A DNA stretch of 63,706 nucleotides, the filler included, from Neolecta irregularis DAH-3 (lineage: Eukaryota): NCBI GenBank assembly GCA_001929475.1. It is 10 parts of 10 records of this genome, joined end to end, with 100 filler letters (N's around TTAATTAATTAA, not from the genome) between each part and the next. Parts side by side here need not be neighbours in the genome. Positions count along the whole stretch, not along the records: positions 1 to 4,817 come from LXFE01002526.1; positions 4,918 to 6,680 come from LXFE01000190.1; positions 6,781 to 9,477 come from LXFE01002534.1; positions 9,578 to 12,665 come from LXFE01002535.1; 6 more parts are not named here. The stretch is one strand, 5' to 3'. Shown piece by piece: positions 1 to 10,684 of this stretch (position 1 is its first letter; every line of letters starts with the position of its first letter). A model generated the notes under the pieces. It made no database searches and was not told the origin of the DNA. It saw only the letters and a program-made list of their open reading frames with translations. Both the position numbers and the translations under genes were made by a program.

Positions 1-441
1 GGAAGTGAGTAGGGGAGTAAGAGGAAGCAAGCAGAGCCTTTTCCATGTCACTTTGATAAACGCGATCAATCTCTACAATTCAATATCACGTGATACGGCC
101 CATTTCTGTCTATGATCGTGGCCTCTCAAATGGAAGTATACAAATTGTGTACACCGATATATACTCAATAAGCTCTAGCACACTGATTGCCTACCAGCAT
201 TTGAATGTGAGATATTCTCTCAACACAATCTTGTACCTCTGGGAAAGTGCACAGTGGTTCTCCACATAACTGGATATTATTAATGAGAAGCGGCGAATCT
301 CCATAACATAGATATTTCTGAGTTAATATGTGATAGCACACGAAAGAAAAAGTGTCTTTCAGTGAAGGTTTCAAAAGTGAGACATTGAGTTCTATGTAAG
401 TCCAAATCTCGCTTCTTCAAATCTCCCTCAAATTATCTTAG

Positions 442-764
442 ATGGCAGGTTGGAAACTTTACGCTGCCGCCCTCTTCGTCGTGTTTGGCGTGGCCAGTCT
501 GTTATTCAGAATCCTAAGGAGCAGGCGAAGACAAATCGCCAAACGTCTTCTGGTTCTTCCTCCCAACCATCAGCGTCACCATCGTAAAATCTGCTTTTCA
601 GCAACGTTCATGCTCACATGTTAGGAAATATATTTGAGGCGCCACCTCGACATCAAGTTAATGTTCAGGAACAACATGCAGAGCCTCCACCGGCCTATCT
701 TGCCAACAGTCCACCAGATTACAAATCCACTTTCGCTCATCACAGCGGAGGCGCACATGTCTGA
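442..764 (+). CDS. Small single-pass membrane protein with two PPxY motifs (candidate Rsp5/Nedd4 adaptor), 2 exons
   Basis: N-terminal hydrophobic helix then a basic patch. Intron 584-624 (GTAAAA...GCTCAC...TAG) joins in frame to RNIFEAPP...EPPPAYLANSPPDYKS...GAHV*. Confidence 0.65.
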
Positions 765-1320
765 TGTGAGATCTTTTTGCTTTGGTTAGGTGGATATTTG
801 GACAATAGGTAGCCGATTAACTGTTTGACATTCTCTTTTTGCGAGTCTTTGGAGAGACATCGAGTTGATAAGCTATATATTTGGAATGTGTTTCTGTAAA
901 ATTTTAGCCAAGCCAGTGGAATAATATAAGCAGAGAAATTTTTGGTTGTACAATTAGATAGTGATCCAACACTGTACATTATAAATCTTGTCTTGTGCAA
1001 GTTGAGGAGGAATGTAAATATGAGACCTCAGTACTGATAAGACTAGGATATATTTCTAGCTTAAGATACAAGAATCTTCAAAAAGGGACATACTTAGCTT
1101 AAGATACGATAATCTTAGCTAGATAGTCCCGATCCGCTCCCCTTATATACTATAAATATATACTTTTTTTATATACTCTATCATTAGTGTCGCAAAATTA
1201 TACTACTAAGCCACTTGCCGTATTGGTAAGAAATATAACCTCGAATTCTTCAATGGGGCTCGAGAGCTCTTTCTGCATTATGCATATCATTCCTCAAGAA
1301 ACGTCCATTTGGCAACTTAG

Positions 1321-1931
1321 AGGAGTAAGGGTCCTACGGTAAACCTTTGAGTAACGAGGGGGATTGTTGTAGCTAAGGGCTCGGTATTGAGTGTAGTTTC
1401 CGGGAAGAGATATTGGGACGGTTGTAGAAAGTATTTAGGCAAAATGGGGGTATTGGATAATATAAAGTATTGCCTAATATTTCGTGTAAGGGATGAGTAA
1501 ATTGTCGACTTGAAGGGGATACGTAATGACAAAACTGGTGCTGACAAGTTAACCCTAACCACAAATGATTTTCTATCAGCCTTGTTAATCCGGTTTCCAA
1601 TTCATTATACATCGACAGCAACGGAGACATCCGATATAATAATTCAGGGGTTAGAGATATACAATTATTCTACTTGAAGGGTACAACATTACACGACAAC
1701 TTCGAAAGAAAGGCAAGTTTTAACAATGGAGTAACCTTCTCATTCGTGTTGTAATGTTCTTGGAATGGTAAATTTAAAGAGGAAGGTATCCATTTACTCC
1801 GTTACGATGACACAAACGATTCGTACCAACAGTAGTGGTGGCTATGCGACGAGATATTAAGCAACGACGGAACATCAGCAAATCCTAATGGGTGTGTCGG
1901 GTATAAGTACGTATGGATTTCGCATAGATGA
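1321..1931 (+). pseudogene. Degenerate gene resembling a PIR/cell-wall-protein C-terminal domain
   Basis: Manual translation gives SLYIDSNGDIRYNN...FYLKGTTLHDNFERKASFNNGVTFSF...WWLCDEIL...GCVGYKYVWISHR, broken by stops at 1348, 1498, 1566, 1752 and 1833. Confidence 0.4.
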
Positions 1932-2609
1932 AACGTCACTTCGCATAATAAATGGTGGCAGCCGAAGGGTGTGGTCATCTGTAAACTCACACGTTTACCC
2001 ATTTAAGCTGAATTAACACAAGAGTCATACGTTATGAATGAGCAAGGACGGAAGTATATAAGACGCCTTAGGCCTTACCTATATTCCATCCTGTCCCAGG
2101 CTGAAATCAAGTCTGCAAAGCTCTACCACTGTAGCCTGTGAGTCACAAGCCACACATTTTGAATTGTCATTTCAATGCAATTGTTCAATGTTCTTGTCAG
2201 CTTTGTTGTTGCTCTCAGTCAGTGCATCCAATCTTTGAACTGCCTGCAAGGAACAAAGAGATAAAGTATAGAGTGTAGCATTTTATTTCCAAATCGGTGT
2301 TAAGTATCACCATATATGCTTACTACATTTCTACTTCTAGTTATCTATAATGCTGTTCTCATGTACTGTGTTGTTCTTGCCCTTAGTTAATTAAAGGCCT
2401 TTCATTGAGAAGAAATAATAATAACTGAAGGAATGACCAGATAGAAATCAATTGATGTTAGCAATTTTTGTTATTTAGTGAATGCAGGATTGCAAACTTC
2501 AAGTCTGATACATTTTCTGCTTGGGGTACCAGACTTCTGGATTGCATTCCATCTACATTCTCCTGATCCACAGACCAGCTGTTGAATAGCTGCTTGGAAC
2601 CAAAGCAAG

Positions 2610-3050
2610 TTAATGAAGAAGACTGGAAAGCGACTGGCCGGCATACCAGCAGTCAAGAGACGAGTAAGTGATTGCATGCAAGATCGCCCAGGGATCGCCG
2701 GTGGACCAAGCAAAGGTGCGTTTTTCATGCAGAATTCCGGGGCTAGAGAAGGTCTCTACGGTGATGCAGCAGGCGGTGCGGAGGGCGGAAATCTGGTCGA
2801 TGTGGGTGGCGAGACATACTTTTAGAGCAATGAATTGATCGGGTGGGAACTGGAAGCAGCGGCCAGGCGAACGGTCCTGTGGTGGATCAGTGGCGTTTTG
2901 GTGGAATGGGGCCTTGCCGACCATATCGCGAAGGCTGGTGGCTTGCGGGAGTGGCTGATGCAAATATGCGCCACAACTGGAGACGCCAGAGTGAAGCGAA
3001 GCATGTGCGCGGCGGGCAGCGACTGTGTGGCAGACGAGTCCATTTGGGCG
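2610..3050 (-). CDS. Hypothetical protein, structure uncertain
   Basis: GC-rich 182-codon open frame; no recognisable motif, start not resolved. Confidence 0.25.
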   Translation of the reverse strand, partial: RPNGLVCHTVAARRAHASLHSGVSSCGAYLHQPLPQATSLRDMVGKAPFHQNATDPPQDRSPGRCFQFPPDQFIALKVCLATHIDQISALRTACCITVETFSSPGILHEKRTFAWSTGDPWAILHAITYSSLDCWYAGQSLSSLLH

Positions 3051-3154
3051 AATTGCGCATTGCAGCAGCGCTGCCTGGATTGAATTTGCACCCAAGGACT
3101 CCACTCCACGTGGCGTGATATCACGCGAATGCTTGGTCATATTGAGCGCCACAA

Positions 3155-4817
3155 TCACGCCACACTCGCGTCCTCGTCACTCTCGCTAAACATTCCCTGT
3201 TCCGCCGTCCACTCGGAGCCGCCGCTCTCCCGCCTCCGTCCTTGCTGCGCTACCTCCTGCGCTTCAAAATGCTCCCGAACCAAATGCTCCACCACTCCCC
3301 ATCCCCAGGCATTGCTGAACTCCCGGCGCACCACAATGTTGTTGTGAGCTTCTGGGTCCAGCTTCACAAGTACTTTGCGCCATGATATGTCAACGTGCCA
3401 GTCCCGCGCAATCCGCTCTTCCTGTTGGATATTTCCCGTCCGTACAGGAATATCTCCCGGCTCATACACCCGGTCGTGGAATATCACCTGCTTGCGCGTC
3501 GACGGATTCATCAGAAACGTCTCTGGCGGCACAGGCGGGTTGAACAGATCGCTCGCAGACTCGAGGAACGAGTACCCAGGAATCGGCTTCTGTAGTAGGT
3601 TGTACGCTGAATTCACAGTCTGGCTGCGCAAAAGTGTCTTGGACGGCTTTTTTCGTGCCCGCAGGTATGTGTGTAATGTATCCAGCGGTCTGGTAGTAAT
3701 ACTTGATGGTGACCCATGCTCACTTGTACCCTTACTTGCTGCCGGCCTTAGAAAAGTGATTAATGACGCCAACGAATTTTCAGACGCGTCCTGCTGTACA
3801 GACCCCGAGCTCAAAGTATCCTGTTGCCCGCTGGAAGTAGCCGTAGTAGGAGTCGTAGGCGATGATTTAAACCGTCCAAATAATGTTTCAAACGGGCTTT
3901 TACTCCCATCCCCAACCAGTTGAGCCGGCATATTCTGTGCACTAGACGGCCGTGGCGGTGTTTCGACTTGTTTAAGACTGTCTCTTTCCTGGGAAAGGTG
4001 TTTTTCACTCGTAGGACTATTCGTTGAATGGAATGAAGAACGCCGAGGATGTCCCACACTCAATCGCCGCCCAGAGGAACCCGGTCTAGCTTGCCCTTCA
4101 GCACTCCGGTGTCTGTCGATCGCTGTCTCAGCTGTAGAATTTGAAATACCGGTCGTACGATCCCCAGACACTTGTTCCTCTTCATATTCCACTCCTCCAC
4201 CAGTCCAAAAACTCCGTCTGCGCTTCTCGAGTTTCGACAGCCCCATCCAGTCAAGAAAGAACATGGCCGAGGTCCGCAGCGGCACAATCCCATCGTTGAC
4301 AACGTTAGCATAGAGTGTATGCCGATCAAACATCCGGACCGCTTCGTGGCATTTCGAGCCTTGCATCGCCATAAGCCGCAACAATGGCTTTTTCCCATTC
4401 AGTCGAGGAGTGAGACCAAGATCATGGCCCGTCCTCCCAACAATTCCAAAATCCAAAGCAACCTTTACAAACGCCGGGTTCTCACTAGATATACCAAGAA
4501 AAGGAGTAGAAAGCGCAATAAAGTTTATAGGCTTCATTCTCTCGAAAAAAAAAGGGTCAACGTTGTGTATATATCCGATAGCAAATGTCTGCACCAGACC
4601 ACCCAGCGAATGACCAATGAAACTGATCTGTGTGTACGGTCTGCTGCGCGCTTGCTCCATCACGAAATGAGCGACCCTGGTTCCGAGGTATTTGACCCCT
4701 CGTTCTGTTTGACAAACATTATCGGAATATCCAATGACAACGACTCCACCATCCGATTTCCGTAGAATACCCTGGGACTTCTCGAGCCGTTGTTTCAGGT
4801 AGAATATATCGGCGGGG
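3155..4817 (-). CDS. DUF676 / ROG1-like putative lipase (serine hydrolase), 5' end lost in gap
   Basis: ISFIGHSLGGL nucleophile elbow; LSTPFLG, LYANVVNDGIVPLRTS and AHNNIVVRR motifs; frame stays open to the gap at 4818 (..TERGVKYLGTRVA..). Confidence 0.9.
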
Positions 4818-4917
4818 NNNNNNNNNNNNNNNNNNNNNNNNNNNNNNNNNNNNNNNNNNNNTTAATTAATTAANNNNNNNNNNNNNNNNNNNNNNNNNNN
4901 NNNNNNNNNNNNNNNNN
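4818..4917. other. Artificial contig spacer N44-TTAATTAATTAA-N44; also at 6681-6780, 9478-9577, 12666-12765, 17287-17386, 33391-33490, 39608-39707, 50024-50123, 60760-60859
   Basis: Identical 100-nt block with a six-frame-stop palindrome, nine times. Confidence 0.98.
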
Positions 4918-5200
4918 GGGACAGGGGCGGGGGCGGGGGCAGGGGCAGGGGCAGGGTCAGGGGCAGGGTCAGGGACAGTTGGGATACCCGGAACGCTACC
5001 CGGCGACGCAGGGACACGGTCACAGACAGCAGGACTGCCCGGAGGACTACCCGCAAGGCTACCCGGAGACGCAGGGACACCGGCACAGACAGCAGGGCTA
5101 CCCGGAGGACTACCCAGAGGACTACCCGGAGAGGCAGGGACACCGGCACAGACACACACACCGACACACACACAGACACACACACAGCCACACACACAGC
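4918..5200 (+). repeat. Compound minisatellite: (GGGGCA)-type hexamers, about 3 x 60-bp units, (CACACACAGA)-type units
   Basis: Directly visible tandem units such as ctacccggagacgcagggacaccggcacagaca. Confidence 0.9.
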
Positions 5201-5520
5201 CCCAAGCTGCACTTCACATGGCCGGCACTCTGGTGGATGTGCGCACACCGACAGAATTTGGCCTGTGCAGCGTGCGCGGCTCCGTCAGTACGCACCCGCC
5301 GCCCGCTCCGCTAACTGCAGACATGCCGCTAGAGGCCATCGCCGCCGACGAGCACTGGACCGCCAGCGCCCTGCTGCCGCCGCTGTACTTGCTCTGCCAC
5401 CGCGGCAACGACTCGCAGGCCGCCGTCCGCCTCCTGCGCGCCCGCGGCACCCCCTGCGTCGACATCGAGGGCGGCATCGATGCCCTCGCCCTCCTCCTCC
5501 CAGGCTTTCCCAGATATTGA
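4918..5520 (+). CDS. UBA4: UBA4/MOCS3 adenylyltransferase-sulfurtransferase, C-terminal rhodanese domain (5' part in gap)
   Basis: LVDVRTPTEF, active-site loop CHRGNDSQ, DIEGGI and terminal FPRY, all typical of Uba4/MOCS3. Confidence 0.85.
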   Translation, partial: GTGAGAGAGAGAGSGAGSGTVGIPGTLPGDAGTRSQTAGLPGGLPARLPGDAGTPAQTAGLPGGLPRGLPGEAGTPAQTHTPTHTQTHTQPHTQPQAALHMAGTLVDVRTPTEFGLCSVRGSVSTHPPPAPLTADMPLEAIAADEHWTASALLPPLYLLCHRGNDSQAAVRLLRARGTPCVDIEGGIDALALLLPGFPRY

Positions 5521-5852
5521 TATATCTGCAATTACTGATACTACTACTACTCCTTTTGCAAAATTCCTTAAATATGGTTTACAAACAGTATATTTATTCA
5601 ATCTCTCGTTTGAGAAATATAAATTCCACATCTGGTTGGGACTTGAGTATTATCTCGTAAACAGAACCCTAAGAGAGGCTGAAACTGAAGTGAAGCAAAA
5701 ATGGACAAGTGGCTTATGGAACTGTCTCAGAGGGTGAAACCTATATCAAAGAATTGAAACAAGAAAGTAAGAGAAACAGAAAACATGGTACACAGACTCC
5801 ATATATAAACCTGACAATCCACCTGGGTCTCCCAAGTTTCAACATATCTAAC

Positions 5853-6680
5853 ATGATGTTTCCAAAAGTTTTCGGTTTGATCGCACTTGGTGCTCTTGGT
5901 TGTACGGCAGCTCATAACGACAATTTCAAAGCGATTTCAACTGGAGTCACTATTGACAAGCAGAAATCACGCGCTTTCCAGCTCCTGACTAAGGATATGG
6001 ACATGGCAATAGAAGAATGCGCGCGAAGATGTCTGTTGATCCCATACTTTTGCCACTCTTTTACCGTCGAGTCCATGAATTCAGACCTCAAGTCCTTAAC
6101 ACCATTTAAATGTCAAATGTTTACCACATCTGAGGCAAACTGGATCTCTAATCTTTCTGATTCCGACATTGAAGTGGAGTTATACGTGTAAGCGCTCGCA
6201 AGTAATGATATATTTCTGATAACTAGGACACTTCAGCCAGAACAAGTTCAAGACATTGCTGCAAGGTTGTCCCATAATGATGAAAAGCATGAAGATTGGG
6301 CTAGTGACATTCAAATTAAATATGGGCTATTGAAAAGAGATCACGTTCAAAATCAGTTAGATCAAGAAGTTCTAAGGGTCTGCAACTTCGCCATACATGG
6401 CGAACCACCAATGTCAGTAGATATTGGACCACAACTTATAGACCTAACCCTAGATTCATGGGCACAGTATTCGACTGAGTCCGACACCTTATCGAAAGGG
6501 TTTGATACTATTGTATTGACCTTTCTCGAAATATTCAGCAAGAATGCTGATAAAGATGTCACCACTTTTTACGATCCAACCAAGAAGACGCTTTCCATTC
6601 AAAATAAAGACCTCTATCTGCTTATCGTTTCATTTGGCTCTGGCCATTACGAAATATTCCGGCACACTAAATCACTAAAA
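5853..6680 (+). CDS. Secreted protein with PAN/apple-like Cys motif plus unknown second domain (3' end in gap)
   Basis: Signal peptide MMFPKVFGLIALGALGCTAA; EECARRCLLIPYFCHSFT...KCQMF. Intron 6188-6226 (GTAAGC...CTGAT..TAG) removes the stop and joins in frame to the ORF at 6267. Confidence 0.6.
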
Positions 6681-6780
6681 NNNNNNNNNNNNNNNNNNNN
6701 NNNNNNNNNNNNNNNNNNNNNNNNTTAATTAATTAANNNNNNNNNNNNNNNNNNNNNNNNNNNNNNNNNNNNNNNNNNNN

Positions 6781-7122
6781 TGTGGTGGTGTTGATGGCGG
6801 TGATGTCTGCTAGGAGGGCTGTGGTGTTGATGTCGCTAATGATGTCTCTGTCGATGTCCGTGATGTCTGTAAGGATATCTCTGTCGATGTCCGTGATGTC
6901 TGTGCTGATGTCTCTGGCGATGCCTGTGATATCTGTAATGATGTCTCTGGCGATGTCTGCGATGTCTGTAATGATGTCTCTGTCGATGTCCGTGATATCT
7001 CTGTCGAAATCCCTGAAATCCCCGAGATCTCTGTTGATATCCCTGAGGTCCCTGCCGATATCGATGTTGGTGATGACGATATCGTGATCTTTGTCTCTGT
7101 CTCTGTCCGCGTCGTCAAGCAT
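6781..7122 (-). CDS. Hypothetical protein with Asp/Ile/Thr-rich 11-residue repeats (3' end in gap)
   Basis: ATG at 7122, open to the gap; divergent from HFD1. Coding status unproven. Confidence 0.35.
6841..7005. repeat. 33-bp minisatellite, about 5 copies
   Basis: Unit gatgtctctgtcgatgtccgtgatgtctgtaa(g/t) at 6841, 6874, 6907, 6940, 6973. Confidence 0.9.
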
Positions 7123-7267
7123 GCCCGCAGTTGCTGCTCCGCCGCCGGCTATATCTACACGTGACTACCCCGCTCCGCTCACCACCATATTCTATCCATT
7201 CGTGACCCTCACCACCGTATTCTATCCGTTCTATCCATTCTATCATTCTATCATTCCATTCATCCTG

Positions 7268-9079
7268 ATGATTGCCCCGGTAGAATACTCGCACACGCCC
7301 ATCACAGACATCGCCCCCATCGTGTCCTCCCTCAATGCCGCATTTGCCGCCCGCACCACTGTGCCCCTCCCAATTAGAGCCCGCCAGCTTAAACTGCTCT
7401 ACTATGCCGTCAAAGACAACGAGCTCCCCATCTGCCAGGCGTACGCTCTCCACAATGCTCCGCTTACAAAGACTCGCCGCAGACTTTGCAAAACCCGCGT
7501 TCGAGGCGTATGTCACCGAAATATCTCTCGTCACAGAGGAAATCCTCTTTGCCATAAAACACATGTACGCCTGGGCGAGAGACCACAGCGAGGCCAGTAC
7601 CGCTCCCTGGATCTACAAGCTCAACAACCCCCACATCCGCAAAGAACCTCTCGGCACCGTCCTTATCATCGGGCCGTGGAACTACCCCTTCCACCTCATC
7701 ATGCTCCCCTTCATCGGTGCTATCGCCGCTGGTCTGATCCTACCCGCGCGCTCTAATATATAGGCAACACTGTCCTTTTAAAACCATCAGAACTCGCTCC
7801 ACACACCGCCGCGGTAATCACTGCAATCCTCGACCAGTGTCTTGATTCCTCTTGCTACAAAACAATCAACGGCCCTGTCCCCCAAACTACCGCCCTCCTA
7901 TCCCATCCCTTTGCAAAAATCATGTACACAGGCAACGCCGTATTTATTCTTTTTCCCCGCTAGTCTAACCATAGACCGTCGGGAAAATTGTCATGGCCGC
8001 GGCTGCAAAACACCTCACTCCCGTCATCCTAGAACTGTCTGATTTAATGCGATCTTGCTGATCGGTAGAGGCGGAAAAAGTCCAGCTATAGTTACTTGCA
8101 GCGCGGATATTAAATTGGCGGCAAAACGAATCGCATGGGGAAAATGTCTCAATGGCGCGCAGGTATGTCTTGTGTTTATTCCAACTCTAATTTAGACTTG
8201 CGTTGCGCCCGACTATATCCTCATTGACAAATCCGTTCAAGATGAATTCATCGCTGAATTTAAAAAGGCGGTTGAATCCTTTTATCCTAATGGATCTTGC
8301 GAAGACGGCGTCTTCGCGCGTATTATTTCTGACCGCCATTTTGAACGGCTGGAAGGCTTGTTGAACGGGTCTAGTGGACAAATTGTCTTTGGAGGGAACG
8401 TTGATTCTTCCACGCGCTATATATCGCCTACGCTAGTCAAAGACTGTTCGCCGGACGGTAGTGCATTTGCTATCTTTGCTGATTACAGATTTGTTGATGA
8501 AAGAGGAAATCTTTGGACCGATATTGCCAATGGTTACTACTTCTAGCACCCTTGACGCCATTTCATTCGTTAACAAATGGCATAAATGTCCGCTTGCGTT
8601 GTATGCTTTTACCTCTGATAAACATGAAGCCGCCATAATCCTTGACAACGTCACCTCTGGCGGCGCAACTGTAGGCAATAGTCGGCATTTCTTGATTGAC
8701 GTGTAGATCAACGATACAATGATGCATCTGGCTGTTGTTGGACTTGCCTTTGGCGGGGTAGGCGATTCTGGATTTGGCGCTTATCGTGGGAAATGTTCGT
8801 TTGACGCGTTTACGCACCACCGCACCATTTTCGTTCAAAAAGGCCGATTTATAGAGAAATTATTACAGGTTCGGTATCCGCCTTACACACTCTCAAAATT
8901 GTCTCTATGGAAACGAATGAGCGATACAAAACCGTGGTTTGACCGTGCTGGAAACGAATATTCGTTGTTGAAGAGATTTTGCAAAATATTAGGGTTCTAG
9001 TTTTCTTTTCTTTAGATTCTGTTCTGAATTTAGATTTCTGGTTGTGGTGGTTGGAATCGGGTTGCTTTGGCTTTTTTGA
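7268..9079 (+). CDS. HFD1: Fatty aldehyde dehydrogenase (ALDH3 family), about 9 exons
   Basis: [57 protein letters not shown]; last exon encodes a C-terminal TM anchor ([14 protein letters not shown]). Confidence 0.93.
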
Positions 9080-9168
9080 AATGATGGTTTATGGATGTCG
9101 AGGATTGATTGGATCTGGATATCTGTAATCAATGAAATATGGAAATCAGACCAATTACTGCTGTCACA

Positions 9169-9477
9169 TTACATCCTATTCATATGCACTAAAGATGAGC
9201 GAGGCCAAAGCAAAGAATACTCGAGAGTCTTGATGAAGCTATCGAGGGAGAGTCTAAACAGCTCTACGTCGACGTCGGAGCCGTGGGCGAGGGCCAGGGG
9301 GTTCTTGACGACGTATTCTACGTAGAGGGAGACGTATATCTGGCGGAGGATGATGTACATGCTGTCTACGAGCGGGTCTGTCATCATGACGAACTTGAGG
9401 TTTGTGGGTGTTTCAAAGTAGTGCATTTTGTAGAGCGATGTTTTGTAGGAGAGGAAGGCGTCGTCGCTGGGGGGGGG
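9169..9477 (-). CDS. BET5: TRAPP complex subunit Bet5/TRAPPC1 (5' end in gap)
   Basis: FLSYKTSLYKMHYFETPTNLKFVMMTDP...LYVEYVVKNPL, sybindin-like family signature. Confidence 0.9.
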   Translation of the reverse strand, partial: PPPSDDAFLSYKTSLYKMHYFETPTNLKFVMMTDPLVDSMYIILRQIYVSLYVEYVVKNPLALAHGSDVDVELFRLSLDSFIKTLEYSLLWPRSSLVHMNRM

Positions 9478-9866
9478 NNNNNNNNNNNNNNNNNNNNNNN
9501 NNNNNNNNNNNNNNNNNNNNNTTAATTAATTAANNNNNNNNNNNNNNNNNNNNNNNNNNNNNNNNNNNNNNNNNNNNATTTATTTAGTTTTATATTTAAA
9601 CCGAGAAAACTTGCGATGGGAGGAGCCCTCGAATGTAAAAGATGGTTTTTCTGGGGCGGGAGAGTTCAAGTTGGATGTTTTTATTTGTTCCTGGATGTTT
9701 TCCTCCTCTTGATGCATACCACGGGAACAAGAAGAGATCAGGGGTGAGAAAACAAAAGGATTGATCGCGTGTTTCACCACCCGACAAAGTGAATCAGATT
9801 CCCTTGATTTCCTAATCCACTGTGACGATTTATTTAAAAACCAGGCAACCTCCTCCTTTATTTTGC

Positions 9867-10613
9867 ATGATGACGTCCCGGCAAGATCTCAAACTGGCAA
9901 TGTTGAAGAAACTGCGGCCCCTGTGCGGCTTCTTCTTTTGCCTTGGCTGATTGGTAGTCCTATTAAGCATGAATGGAAGTACTGGCATGTTTCAGATGAG
10001 AGTAGCAACTGGGAGGACACGCTGAAAGAAATTGCCATGGTTAATACGGTCCAGTTGTTTTGGCAGGTCTTTAACAATCTGCCGTTGAATATTCCTATCA
10101 AGAATTCTATCCACTTTTTCAAGAACAATGTCAAGCCTCTGTGGTATAATAATAAATGTGGGAAACTACTTAAGAGCAGGGAAGATCCGAGAAATGAAAA
10201 GGGCGGGTGTTGGAATTTTCGATTGCCAAAGTCTGCGGCTCCTGATTTTTTCAGGGAGATTTTGATGCTTTTGATTGGCGAGCAACTGCAGGATGTTGTT
10301 TTGAAGGGTGAGTCTATATTAGGGTATATATACTAAAGATAGGTGATGATATCTGCGGGTGTTCTTATAGCATGCGGTTCAACTCTACGATCATCTCTGT
10401 CTGGAATCGGGATGCCAGTAACCAAGTCAGTGTTCAAAACATTTTCAACCGAATCAACGACACGATTCCGTCCGAGCTCTGGCCTACTGCTGTATTTTAC
10501 AAGGTGCAATCCAGCCTTGTACGGACTGACGTGTGCAGCCGCATAGTCACCATACTGCATTCAAAGCAGATCAAGGTGCAAGCAACCCTAGTAGTACTGC
10601 GGGCACTAGTTGA
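9867..10613 (+). CDS. eIF4E family cap-binding protein (fungal secondary paralog), 5 exons
   Basis: KKLRPLPIKHEWKYW, FWQVFNN, VKPLWEDPRNEKGGCW, DDICG...IISVWNRD after removing four short GT-AG introns. Confidence 0.9.
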
Positions 10614-10684
10614 AATGGCGTTATTGTTTTGGATATAATTGAAGTTTTAGTCTGCAAGATTATGGGCATAGCAAGAGATATGAA

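Noticed and set aside
1549-1560. TTAACCCTAACC as a telomerase RNA template
   Set aside because: Single short match inside a region that translates as a decayed protein gene; I could not find a pseudoknot, CR4/5 or Sm site. A covariance-model search would settle it.
3375-4765. Long plus-strand ORFs (182 and 197 aa)
   Set aside because: Antisense shadows of the DUF676 lipase; the same applies to shadow ORFs over LAS1, RAD52 and GYP7.
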